Under the pieces are notes generated by a model. It was not told where the DNA came from, searched no databases, and was given only the letters and a program-made list of their open reading frames with translations. Below, piece after piece: positions 9,509-18,391 of a DNA stretch of 64,000 nt (its first letter is position 1; the number at the start of each line of letters is the position of its first letter). The DNA lies in the NCBI GenBank assembly GCA_964581565.1, contig CAZOOZ010000001.1, positions 131,470 to 195,469 of the forward strand, read 5' to 3'. Position numbers and translations under genes: made by a program. Source of the stretch: an uncultured Eubacteriaceae bacterium (GTDB taxonomy: Bacteria > Bacillota > Clostridia > Eubacteriales > UBA1433).

Positions 9509-10276
9509 ATGTCGGTTATAGAAGCAAGCAATCTATATAAAAATTATAATGGTATAAACGTATTGAATGGCGTATCGCTTACCGTAAACGAAGGAGAAGT
9601 TGTCGCCGTTATTGGTCCGTCGGGATCGGGCAAGTCAACGTTGTTGCGATGTCTGAATCAATTGGTCTATATAGACAGCGGCAGCATTAAAGTTGGCGGT
9701 ATTAATATGGTCGGTACAGATGAAAAGGGAATATGCAGATATGCGCATAAATCTGTGCTGCATCAAATTCAATTAAAGACAGGACTCGTCTTTCAGAATT
9801 TTCATCTTTTCCCTCATTATAATGTGCTGAAAAACATTACCGATGCGCCGGTACAGATATTAAAAATGTCTAAAAAAGAAGCGGAAGAAAAAGCGTATGC
9901 ATTACTTGAACGAATGAATCTTTCCGATAAGGCCGAGGCATATCCTTATCAATTATCAGGCGGGCAAGCTCAAAGGGTATCGATTGCCAGGGCGCTTGCA
10001 CTCTCACCCACCGTGCTGTTTTTTGATGAACCCACAAGTGCGCTCGATCCGGAACTCACGATAGAAATCTTAAAAGTAATTAAAAATTTGGCCAAAGAAA
10101 AAATGACTATGGTGGTTGTTACGCATGAAATGGCTTTTGCACGGGATGTAGCCGATCGAGTTATTTTTATGGATAACGGTTCTGTTATTGAGCAAGGAGC
10201 GGCACAGGAACTATTCACCAATCCGTCAAGCGAGAGAGTAAAACAATTTTTACAGCATTTTTCAATGGAAGGCTGA
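9509..10276 (+). CDS. Amino-acid ABC transporter ATP-binding protein (GlnQ-like)
   Basis: Walker A GPSGSGKST, signature LSGGQAQRVSIARA, Walker B LFFDEPTSALDPE. Confidence 0.9.
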   Translation: MSVIEASNLYKNYNGINVLNGVSLTVNEGEVVAVIGPSGSGKSTLLRCLNQLVYIDSGSIKVGGINMVGTDEKGICRYAHKSVLHQIQLKTGLVFQNFHLFPHYNVLKNITDAPVQILKMSKKEAEEKAYALLERMNLSDKAEAYPYQLSGGQAQRVSIARALALSPTVLFFDEPTSALDPELTIEILKVIKNLAKEKMTMVVVTHEMAFARDVADRVIFMDNGSVIEQGAAQELFTNPSSERVKQFLQHFSMEG

Positions 10277-10303
10277 TCCGGCATATAAAACCGGGTCTTT
10301 TTT
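10275..10303 (+). terminator. Rho-independent terminator after the amino-acid ABC operon
   Basis: Stem GATCCGG / CCGGGTC (one G-U pair) followed by TTTTTTATTT. Confidence 0.6.
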
Positions 10304-10538
10304 ATTTCATGCATTTATGAACGGAAAAACCATACTTTTGATATTCTTAAGCATTACAGGTTATTATATGCGTAGGTGAAATTTTGGATTTTTATAAAAT
10401 ATTAAATACTTGACTTAATTGTACTGTTTTAATTCAAAAAAAATGTTTCATTTTTGTTACAAAATAAGTTAGGTAGTTGTAATTAACTGATCTTTGGTGT
10501 AAAATAAATTGGATTAATGTCGAAGAGGACTTTATTTT

Positions 10539-11402
10539 ATGATAAAAACAAATTGTGATAAATTAATTGTTCAATCGGTTTGCGGTGATATTGCTCATCC
10601 GCCCAGAGCAGGGGCATATCGTGTAAGTAGTCAAGGAGAAGCCTTAGTGCTTCCGGGTGTGGGCGGTATTGTATATAATGTTAAAATCGGAGACAGCGCG
10701 TTTGGCTGGGTTGGAGATCATATCGAGCCCGGGGTCAGCATTAAAAATCCAGAGGCCAAATACAATGAAGCGCTCAATACCATGACATGCATAGGCAATG
10801 AAGCGAAAGTTGTATCAGGTGAAGCCAAAGGGGCGACGGGCTATGTTTCAGGCACACACGGTGGAATAGAGCACGTGCTGGTTCAGTTTAAAAGTGAAGA
10901 TTTAGAAAAAATGGTCATAGGAGATACTATTCAAATAAAAGCATGCGGACAGGGTCTGCAGATTGCAGAAATAAAAAATGTCAAGTGTTTGAATTTGTCT
11001 CCTCAACTTTTAGATAAATGGGATATATTGATAAAAGACGGAATTTTAAACGTTCCGGTGTGTACGAGTGTGCCTGCATATATGATGGGTTCTGGGGTAG
11101 GATCCGGCTCAATGCATAGGGGAGACTATGATATTATGACTTCGGATGCCGATGCGGTTAAAGAATTTGATGTCGATAAACTGCGCCTAGGCGATTTGGT
11201 AATGATTACAGATCATGATACAAGATACGGTGTTGCCTATCGAAAAGGCTACGTCAGTGTCGGTGTGGTTGTTCACACAGATTGCATACAATCAGGACAT
11301 GGGCCGGGAGTGTGTATGTTGCTTACGGGGCCGGCAGAGCGGATACGGCCTGTATATGATAAAAATGCAAACATCGGATTTATGCTAAGTGAGAAGAAGT
11401 AA
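10539..11402 (+). CDS. Conserved hypothetical soluble protein (possibly DUF4438-like)
   Basis: A 287-aa Gly-rich ORF with no TM segment or signal peptide. It has an RBS-like AAGAGGA upstream. The family assignment is from memory only. Confidence 0.5.
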   Translation: MIKTNCDKLIVQSVCGDIAHPPRAGAYRVSSQGEALVLPGVGGIVYNVKIGDSAFGWVGDHIEPGVSIKNPEAKYNEALNTMTCIGNEAKVVSGEAKGATGYVSGTHGGIEHVLVQFKSEDLEKMVIGDTIQIKACGQGLQIAEIKNVKCLNLSPQLLDKWDILIKDGILNVPVCTSVPAYMMGSGVGSGSMHRGDYDIMTSDADAVKEFDVDKLRLGDLVMITDHDTRYGVAYRKGYVSVGVVVHTDCIQSGHGPGVCMLLTGPAERIRPVYDKNANIGFMLSEKK

Positions 11403-11423
11403 GCTTGATATAGGAAGTAAAGA

Positions 11424-12260
11424 ATGAAAAAAGTAATATTATACATTATTGTTATGCTTATATTTTTATGGTCGGGAGCATCCTTTGCTGCGCAGGATCT
11501 AACTTCGTATTCTGCGTATGCCTCTCTTTCGAACGATACAATGAAAGCGCTGGCAAGCACAGATTTTGAAACATTGGTATCACTTGACAATGCTGATAAT
11601 GAAGGTACTACTGTTGAAGACGAAGATCCGTCTCAAGTACTTTATGCGCTGGAAGCAAAAAACGATGAAATAGTTACGCTTAAATACAAACTTTATTATA
11701 TGAATTATTTATCGAATAAGCCGGCAGATACGGATACTGTTTTGGATGAAGCAATGAGTCAGGCTTTAAAAAAATATCAGGAAGATAACAGTCTTACCCA
11801 GTCCGGGGTGGTGGATCAGGCTACATACGATCTGCTGAGTAGTGAACAAATTACTTATGTATCCGGTAAAGAAGGAAATGAGATCCGAGAATATCAGCTG
11901 ATTTTGTATTATATGGATTATATTGATGTCTATCCTTCGGGCTATTTTGGCACCATAACAGTTGAAGCGGTGAAGGCTTATCAAGAAGATAATAACATTG
12001 AAGTGAACGGCAAATTGGATATGCAGACGCAGCAGCTTCTTTCTCAAGAGGACTATGTGTATAAAAAAGGTAAAAAAGGCAGCGTCATTAAAGAAATGCA
12101 GCAGATCCTTATAGATAACGGTTATTTAACCGGAACAGCCGATGGAGATTTCGGTGAAAAAACGCGTCTTGCTGTGATTGAATTTCAAAAAGATAATCAG
12201 CTGGAGCAGACAGGCGAAATTGATAAGACAGCAATGGATTTATTAAATACATTAGAATAA
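11424..12260 (+). CDS. Secreted protein with three peptidoglycan-binding (PG_binding_1-like) repeats
   Basis: Signal peptide (SGASFA-AQD). Three repeats of the pattern A(L/V)KxYQEDNxLxxxGxxDxxTxxLL. Confidence 0.75.
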   Translation: MKKVILYIIVMLIFLWSGASFAAQDLTSYSAYASLSNDTMKALASTDFETLVSLDNADNEGTTVEDEDPSQVLYALEAKNDEIVTLKYKLYYMNYLSNKPADTDTVLDEAMSQALKKYQEDNSLTQSGVVDQATYDLLSSEQITYVSGKEGNEIREYQLILYYMDYIDVYPSGYFGTITVEAVKAYQEDNNIEVNGKLDMQTQQLLSQEDYVYKKGKKGSVIKEMQQILIDNGYLTGTADGDFGEKTRLAVIEFQKDNQLEQTGEIDKTAMDLLNTLE

Positions 12261-12296
12261 TAAACCTACAACTTATATAAAAAATCGGTGAAGAGA

Positions 12297-12977
12297 ATGA
12301 TTAGATTTGACAATGTATCAAAGGTTTATGAAGGAAATGAGAACTATGCTCTAAGAGATATCGATATACATATTCAAACAAGCGAATTTGTATTTTTGGT
12401 TGGAGCGAGCGGAGCGGGCAAGAGTACTTTTTTAAAGCTTATTTTAAAAGATATAGACCCTTCCGGCGGAACGGTATTTTTAAACGATGTAGATGCGAGC
12501 AAATTAAAACGTGGAGATATTCAAAGACTGCGAAGAAGAATGGGCGTTGTTTTTCAGGATTTTAAGCTTTTGGAAGGCAAAACCGTCTATGAGAATATCG
12601 CATTTGCTATGGAAGTATTAAAAAGAGATGCAAAAACAATCCGAAAAAGAGTAAATCATGTTCTGGAAATCGTGGGACTTAATGGTATGGCGGAAAGATA
12701 TCCGATTACAATGTCCGGCGGCGAGCGGCAGAGAGTGGCTATCGCCCGTGCGATTATTAATGGGCCGGAGATATTGATTTGTGACGAACCAACAGGTAAT
12801 TTGGATCCCAGAACCTCTTTCGGAATCATGAAACTGCTTGAAAACATTAATACATTGGGAACGACCATCGTTATGGCTACGCATGATAAACAAGTTGTGG
12901 ATCTTTTTAATAAACGGGTTATCATACTTGAAAACGGGATATTAAAAGGCGATAGACAAGGAGGGTATTTCTATTGA
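12297..12977 (+). CDS. ftsE: Cell-division ABC ATPase FtsE
   Basis: MIRFDNVSKVY start typical of FtsE. Walker A GASGAGKST, signature [14 protein letters not shown], Walker B LICDEPTGNLD. It is followed by ftsX. Confidence 0.85.
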   Translation: MIRFDNVSKVYEGNENYALRDIDIHIQTSEFVFLVGASGAGKSTFLKLILKDIDPSGGTVFLNDVDASKLKRGDIQRLRRRMGVVFQDFKLLEGKTVYENIAFAMEVLKRDAKTIRKRVNHVLEIVGLNGMAERYPITMSGGERQRVAIARAIINGPEILICDEPTGNLDPRTSFGIMKLLENINTLGTTIVMATHDKQVVDLFNKRVIILENGILKGDRQGGYFY

Positions 12978-13876
12978 GAATGTTTTTTAATTTCTTTCGC
13001 GATGCTTATTATAATATAAAACGCAACATGCTTATGAGCACTGCCTCTATTGCCTCTGTTGTCGCTGCCCTGATCATCATGGGAATCGTTTTGGTCATTG
13101 CTATCAATGTTTCTTATATTGCAAACGAAGTTGAAAGTAATCTGGAAATGAAGGTTTATTTAAGTGACGATATATCCGACCAGCGTGTCGATGAAATACA
13201 TGATTACATACAAAATAACGATCATGTAATACAGACAACCTATATATCAAAAGAAGAAGCATTAGAAGAATTTGCATCGTGGTTCAGCGGAAACGAGGAA
13301 GAATTGTTAAAAGGATACGCTGAGAGCGGCAATCCTCTTCCACGTTCATTTGTGATAAAAATAGATGATGCTGCCTATCTGGAGGATGTTTATAATATTA
13401 TCATGGAGTATGACGGTATCACAGATGTCGTATACGGGAAAGAGTACGTTTCGGTTTTACTGAAATTTAATAAACTAATCAATTTGATCAGCCTGATCGT
13501 GGTGTTGATACTGAGTACAGTAAGTTTATTTACGATCTACAATACGATCAAACTCACAATCTATGCAAGGCGCAATGATGTGGAGATTATGAAATATGTC
13601 GGGGCAAGCAGTTCATTTATTAAAATGCCGTTTATTATTGAAGGCAGTGTTTTAGGGCTTGTAGGCGCAATCGCCGCCGTGCTTTTGCTTCGGGGCGGGT
13701 ATACGCTTATTATAGGAATGATGCAGCTTAGCTCGGTGCTTCCACTGAGCGCATCGCTGGCTCCTTTTAATACGGTCATTTATCAAATCACCATCTATTT
13801 TATTCTTTATGGGTTTATTATAGGAGCAGCGGGAAGCTTGATCTCTGTAAGTAAATTTTTGCGAACAGCGGGGTAA
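12974..13876 (+). CDS. ftsX: Cell-division permease-like protein FtsX
   Basis: TM1, an extracellular domain, then 3 TM segments in the FtsX architecture. The start forms a TTGA overlap with the ftsE stop. Confidence 0.85.
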   Translation: MRMFFNFFRDAYYNIKRNMLMSTASIASVVAALIIMGIVLVIAINVSYIANEVESNLEMKVYLSDDISDQRVDEIHDYIQNNDHVIQTTYISKEEALEEFASWFSGNEEELLKGYAESGNPLPRSFVIKIDDAAYLEDVYNIIMEYDGITDVVYGKEYVSVLLKFNKLINLISLIVVLILSTVSLFTIYNTIKLTIYARRNDVEIMKYVGASSSFIKMPFIIEGSVLGLVGAIAAVLLLRGGYTLIIGMMQLSSVLPLSASLAPFNTVIYQITIYFILYGFIIGAAGSLISVSKFLRTAG

Positions 13877-13882
13877 TAAAAT

Positions 13883-15022
13883 ATGGTAAAAACAAAATCA
13901 AAAATTCTCTATATTTTTATCATTTTGGTTATGATATTTTCTTCTTCGGCTCATGTGAAGGCAGAGACAAATCAAGAAAAGTTGAAAAGAATCAATGAAG
14001 AAATTTCGCTTACGCAAGATGATATCGATAAGCTTAAGGACAATATTGATGCGCTTGTTGAGCAGACAAATAAGCTTGATAAAACGATTGATGAATTAGA
14101 AGATGAAATCAGCCGTATTAACGGCGAAATTAAAGTGACGGAAGATAATTTAGCAAAAACGGAAAAGGAATTGGAAGCCGCCGAAAATGAGCGGATCGAG
14201 CATAAAAAAGTAGCTGACGAAAGAATTAAAACCATGTACATGTATGGCAGCGTGGATTATGTACAGATTCTTTTTTCCGCCGAAAGCATTTCCGATCTCA
14301 TTAGCAGAATCGATGCGATTCAAACACTCACAAATTTTGATAAAGATACTTTTGATGAGCTGCTTAGGATTGAAAATGAAATAGCGGCAAAGAAACAAAA
14401 AATAGAAGAAGATAAACAGGCACTTGAAGATTACAAAGGTCAGATTCAAAATACATATGACACGCAGGTAAGCATCAGAGAAGAAAAGCAGAAGCTGATG
14501 GATGAAATGTACAACAATAAAGATTCTCTTGAAGCAGTGCTCGATCAGCAGCAAGCCGATGCAAAAGCCATTCAAAAACTGATTATCGAAGAATCGGTTG
14601 GCGAAGATGTGGATTACGGCAACGAAAAAGGACATTATTTGTGGCCAACCCCGGGATATAAGAGTATCACAAGCCCGTTTGGTTATAGAATTCATCCTGT
14701 GTACGGATATCGAAAATTCCACTCGGGAGTTGATATCGGAGCAGCCAATAAATCAAAAATTATTTCTCCCGGCAGCGGTGTGGTTATCTTAGCCAGTTAC
14801 TACGGTGGATATGGCAATACCGTAATTGTTGATATGGGTGGTGGAGTTACAATGCTTTTCGGACATTGCAGTTCTTTAAAAGTGAGCAAAGGGGATGTTG
14901 TTGTTGCAGGTGAAATTATTGCCTATGTAGGATCGACCGGTGTATCGACGGGGCCGCATCTGCACTTTGAAGTGCGCGTAAACGGTTCTCCCGTAGACCC
15001 GATGCCTTGGGTTATTTATTAA
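13883..15022 (+). CDS. Coiled-coil M23 (LytM) peptidoglycan endopeptidase, FtsEX-associated (EnvC/PcsB-like architecture)
   Basis: Signal peptide, a ~220-aa coiled coil, and a C-terminal M23 domain with HSGVDIG and GPHLHFEV metal-ligand motifs. Confidence 0.85.
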   Translation: MVKTKSKILYIFIILVMIFSSSAHVKAETNQEKLKRINEEISLTQDDIDKLKDNIDALVEQTNKLDKTIDELEDEISRINGEIKVTEDNLAKTEKELEAAENERIEHKKVADERIKTMYMYGSVDYVQILFSAESISDLISRIDAIQTLTNFDKDTFDELLRIENEIAAKKQKIEEDKQALEDYKGQIQNTYDTQVSIREEKQKLMDEMYNNKDSLEAVLDQQQADAKAIQKLIIEESVGEDVDYGNEKGHYLWPTPGYKSITSPFGYRIHPVYGYRKFHSGVDIGAANKSKIISPGSGVVILASYYGGYGNTVIVDMGGGVTMLFGHCSSLKVSKGDVVVAGEIIAYVGSTGVSTGPHLHFEVRVNGSPVDPMPWVIY

Positions 15023-15034
15023 ATAATAAAGGGG

Positions 15035-15062
15035 AAAAACGGCCTATAGCCGTTTTTTTTTA
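15035..15062. terminator. Bidirectional hairpin terminator between convergent genes
   Basis: AAAAACGGC-CTATA-GCCGTTTTTTTTT. Confidence 0.7.
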
Positions 15063-15079
15063 TTTTATATAATATTTAT

Positions 15080-15886
15080 TTATTCTAATATTTTTGGGTT
15101 TTTCAATATTTTTTCGACCGTTTTAAATGCCTTGGACATTGTATACCCGTCACATATTCGCTCGTCAATTGTATAACCTATTGATATTGTTTTAACGCCT
15201 TCGGATGATTTTTGTGTTGTTTTGCCAATTCCCGCGAAAAGGCTGCATGTGCCAAAATTATATAAATGGTGGTATACACGATCGAGTTTTATGGATTTTA
15301 AATAGGTAATATACATGCTCGCATGAAACGGGCTGGCATTTATAATACTTTTGGGAAGAAAGTTATGATTATCTGCAAATTTGCATAAACCAACACCTAT
15401 TCGAATAAGAAAATTTGGCAATTTATTGAAAAAATTAGCCAATGCTTCCGATTGGTTATCATTGATGCTTTTTGTAGCTTTGTTGATTTCTTCCTGCACA
15501 ATCTTTTGTATGTCACAGATATTTTCATTTCCACTGAAACTAATTTTTATAGTCGATTCGTCGCTGTGAAGATCCAGCCGTTTTTTGATAGTAAATGCAA
15601 TGCTGATATCATCTCTCATATAAATTCTTCTATTCACGATAAAACGGTTCAGCTGAGGATTTTCACGAATCGTTCGGACATAACACGCAATAAATAATGA
15701 CAAAAAAGAAATATCTACATGCTCGCTCTGGCGTTTTTCCCTTATATATTCCGTTAAAGGATATGCGTCAAATTCATGCTGATACAGAACTTGAGATTCT
15801 GTTCTGGTAGGCATTATATGAGGAATCACTCTAAAAAACGGATCAGGTAAAGTGATATATTTTCCATCACTTCTTTTTTTGAACAT
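15080..15886 (-). CDS. 2-oxoacid dehydrogenase E2 / CAT-like acyltransferase domain protein with variant active-site motif
   Basis: C-terminal DERICDG aligns with the DHRxxDG motif of the E2 catalytic domain. I moved the start to the ATG at 15886 (MFKKRSDG), which is preceded by AAAGGA. Confidence 0.55.
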   Translation of the reverse strand: MFKKRSDGKYITLPDPFFRVIPHIMPTRTESQVLYQHEFDAYPLTEYIREKRQSEHVDISFLSLFIACYVRTIRENPQLNRFIVNRRIYMRDDISIAFTIKKRLDLHSDESTIKISFSGNENICDIQKIVQEEINKATKSINDNQSEALANFFNKLPNFLIRIGVGLCKFADNHNFLPKSIINASPFHASMYITYLKSIKLDRVYHHLYNFGTCSLFAGIGKTTQKSSEGVKTISIGYTIDERICDGYTMSKAFKTVEKILKNPKILE

Positions 15887-16067
15887 CGTGTAGATCCTTT
15901 CAAACGAAATAATATTTGAGTGGAGGCCATTGTGTTCATTATAATTTTTATTCATGAAAATGTAAAGATATTTACACACATTCTGTGAGAGAGGATAAGA
16001 GATGCTTTTCAATTTTTGTATTTTATGATAATATTTCTATATATTTTGTCTGCATAAAGGAGTATCT

Positions 16068-18326
16068 ATGATTAAGCTATACAGCAAGGGTGTTTTTTTG
16101 GAAAAAGATCAGATCATTTCAACAGATCAGCCACAAGCAAAAAAATACAATGTACAAAACGCGAAAAAAAATACGATCACGTATGCTATATTAAAATCTC
16201 ATAATCAAAATAAGGATATGCAAAAACTGCGTATCACTTTTGATGCGCTTGCGTCTCACGATATCACATATGTGGGAATCATTCAAACGGCAAGAGCAAG
16301 CGGGATGCGTGCATTTGAGCTTCCATATGTGCTTACGAATTGCCATAATAGTTTGTGCGCGGTGGGTGGCACGATCAATGAAGACGATCATGTCTTTGGC
16401 CTCAGTGCCGCAAAAAAATACGGAGGTATTTTTGTGCCTGCCCATCAGGCTGTGATCCATCAGTATATGAGAGAAGTATTTGCCGGATGCGGCAAAATGA
16501 TACTCGGTTCCGACAGCCATACAAGATATGGGGCGCTGGGCACCATTGCCATCGGCGAAGGCGGGCCCGAGCTTGTGAAGCAGCTGTTGAATAAGACATA
16601 TGATATCGACTATCCCGAAGTTGTCTGTGTTTATTTAACAGGGCAGCCCGCTTACGGGGTGGGACCGCAGGATGTTGCTTTGGAAATCATTAAGGCAACT
16701 TTTGCGAACGGATTTGTTAAAAATAAAATCATGGAATTTGTTGGAGATGGAGTTGATACACTCAGCGTTGAATATCGTATGGGCGTAGATGTCATGACCA
16801 CGGAAACTACTTGTCTGAGTTCTGTTTGGAAAACAGATGAACAAGTAAAGAAATATCTGGCTCTTCATAAAAGACAAGGTGATTATAAAAAGCTGCAGCC
16901 GGAAGATGGCGCTTATTATGACAGCTGTCTTGTGGTGGATTTATCCAAAATCAAGCCCAATATTGCGCTTCCTTTTCATCCTTCTAATGTGTACAGCATT
17001 CAGGAGTTTAAAGAAAATATGGAAGATATTTTAGATAGTATAGAGAAAAGGGGCAGAAAACAGCTTGGGGAAGACATTGATTTTTCGCTGAAAGATAAAA
17101 TAACATCAAAAGGTTTTGTGTGTTCTCAGGCAGTTATAGCCGGATGTGCCGGCGGCATGTTTGAAAATATAGTTTCGGCGGCGGATATATTAAAAGATAA
17201 GTATATCGGAAGCGATGCATTTTCTTTGAGTATCTACCCATCCAGCCAGCCAGTCATGTATGATTTAACGCAAAAAGGCATTCTCAATAAGCTCATGCTC
17301 ACGGGAGCAACCATTAGAAGTGCTTTTTGCGGACCGTGTTTTGGAGCCGGAGATGTGCCGAGCAACAAAGGTATATCCATCAGGCATACAACGAGAAATT
17401 TTCCGAATCGTGAAGGAAGCAAGCCAGCGGATAAACAGATCGCATCGGTTGCTTTAATGGATGCAAGAAGCATTGCGGCTACGGCGGCAAACCAAGGAAT
17501 ACTGACAGCGGCAGATGAAATAGATACCATTTATAGTCAGCTTCATTATGAATATAATGATACAATTTATAAAAACAGGATCTATAACGGATGGCAAAAA
17601 CCAAAAAAAGATGAAGAGTTAATTTTGGGCCCTAATATTACACCTTGGCCGCCTCTTTTAAGACTGGCAGAGGATGTGCTTATAAAAGTGGTCTCTGTTA
17701 TAAATGATCCCATTACTACTACAGATGAATTGATCCCCTCCGGAGAGACGTCCTCCTACCGTTCAAATCCTTTAAAATTGGCGGAATTCACGCTTTCGCG
17801 CAAAGATAGCCGATATGTTCAAAACGCAAAAAATGTAAAACGAATGGAAGAATGCAGACAAAGCGGAAAACTTGACAAAGAAATAGAGGCGCTGAGCGAT
17901 TTGTTTAAAAAAGAGTTTGGTTATGATATTGAAAAAATAAAGAATATCCAAGTATCAAGTACGATTTTTGCCGTGAAACCAGGTGACGGTTCTGCAAGAG
18001 AACAAGCTGCATCTTGTCAGAGAGTGCTCGGAGCGGGTGCGAATATTGCTACTGCATATGCTACAAAAAGATATCGATCCAATTTGATAAATTGGGGCAT
18101 GATGCCGTTTGTCTATCAGGGAGAGCATGAATTTAAAACCGGAGAATGGATATTTATACCAGAAATAAGAACATCGATTAAAAATAAAAACAGCCAAATA
18201 AACGCATATTTAATCAATGAACAAGGTACAAGCAAACTGATTTTTGAATTGGGAGAGCTAACAAATTTCGAGAGAGAAATTCTCCTTGCTGGAGGGCTTA
18301 TCAATTATTATAAAGATAATAAATAA
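16068..18326 (+). CDS. Aconitase-family Fe-S hydro-lyase (aconitate hydratase-like, 752 aa)
   Basis: Motifs GSDSHT, AGCAGG and CGPCFG (cluster Cys ligands), TTRNFPNREG, and a swivel-domain C-terminus. Confidence 0.75.
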   Translation: MIKLYSKGVFLEKDQIISTDQPQAKKYNVQNAKKNTITYAILKSHNQNKDMQKLRITFDALASHDITYVGIIQTARASGMRAFELPYVLTNCHNSLCAVGGTINEDDHVFGLSAAKKYGGIFVPAHQAVIHQYMREVFAGCGKMILGSDSHTRYGALGTIAIGEGGPELVKQLLNKTYDIDYPEVVCVYLTGQPAYGVGPQDVALEIIKATFANGFVKNKIMEFVGDGVDTLSVEYRMGVDVMTTETTCLSSVWKTDEQVKKYLALHKRQGDYKKLQPEDGAYYDSCLVVDLSKIKPNIALPFHPSNVYSIQEFKENMEDILDSIEKRGRKQLGEDIDFSLKDKITSKGFVCSQAVIAGCAGGMFENIVSAADILKDKYIGSDAFSLSIYPSSQPVMYDLTQKGILNKLMLTGATIRSAFCGPCFGAGDVPSNKGISIRHTTRNFPNREGSKPADKQIASVALMDARSIAATAANQGILTAADEIDTIYSQLHYEYNDTIYKNRIYNGWQKPKKDEELILGPNITPWPPLLRLAEDVLIKVVSVINDPITTTDELIPSGETSSYRSNPLKLAEFTLSRKDSRYVQNAKNVKRMEECRQSGKLDKEIEALSDLFKKEFGYDIEKIKNIQVSSTIFAVKPGDGSAREQAASCQRVLGAGANIATAYATKRYRSNLINWGMMPFVYQGEHEFKTGEWIFIPEIRTSIKNKNSQINAYLINEQGTSKLIFELGELTNFEREILLAGGLINYYKDNK

Positions 18327-18391
18327 ATTTATTTATCAATGTGATAATCTGTGCTATAATGTTTGAATGATTTTATTAGGAAGAGTATTTT

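Noticed and set aside
14150-14722. 190-aa ORF antisense to the M23 peptidase gene
   Set aside because: It is a shadow ORF of an AT-rich, coiled-coil-encoding region. The product is F/I/L/K low-complexity sequence, there is no RBS, and it lies fully inside a well-supported gene on the other strand.
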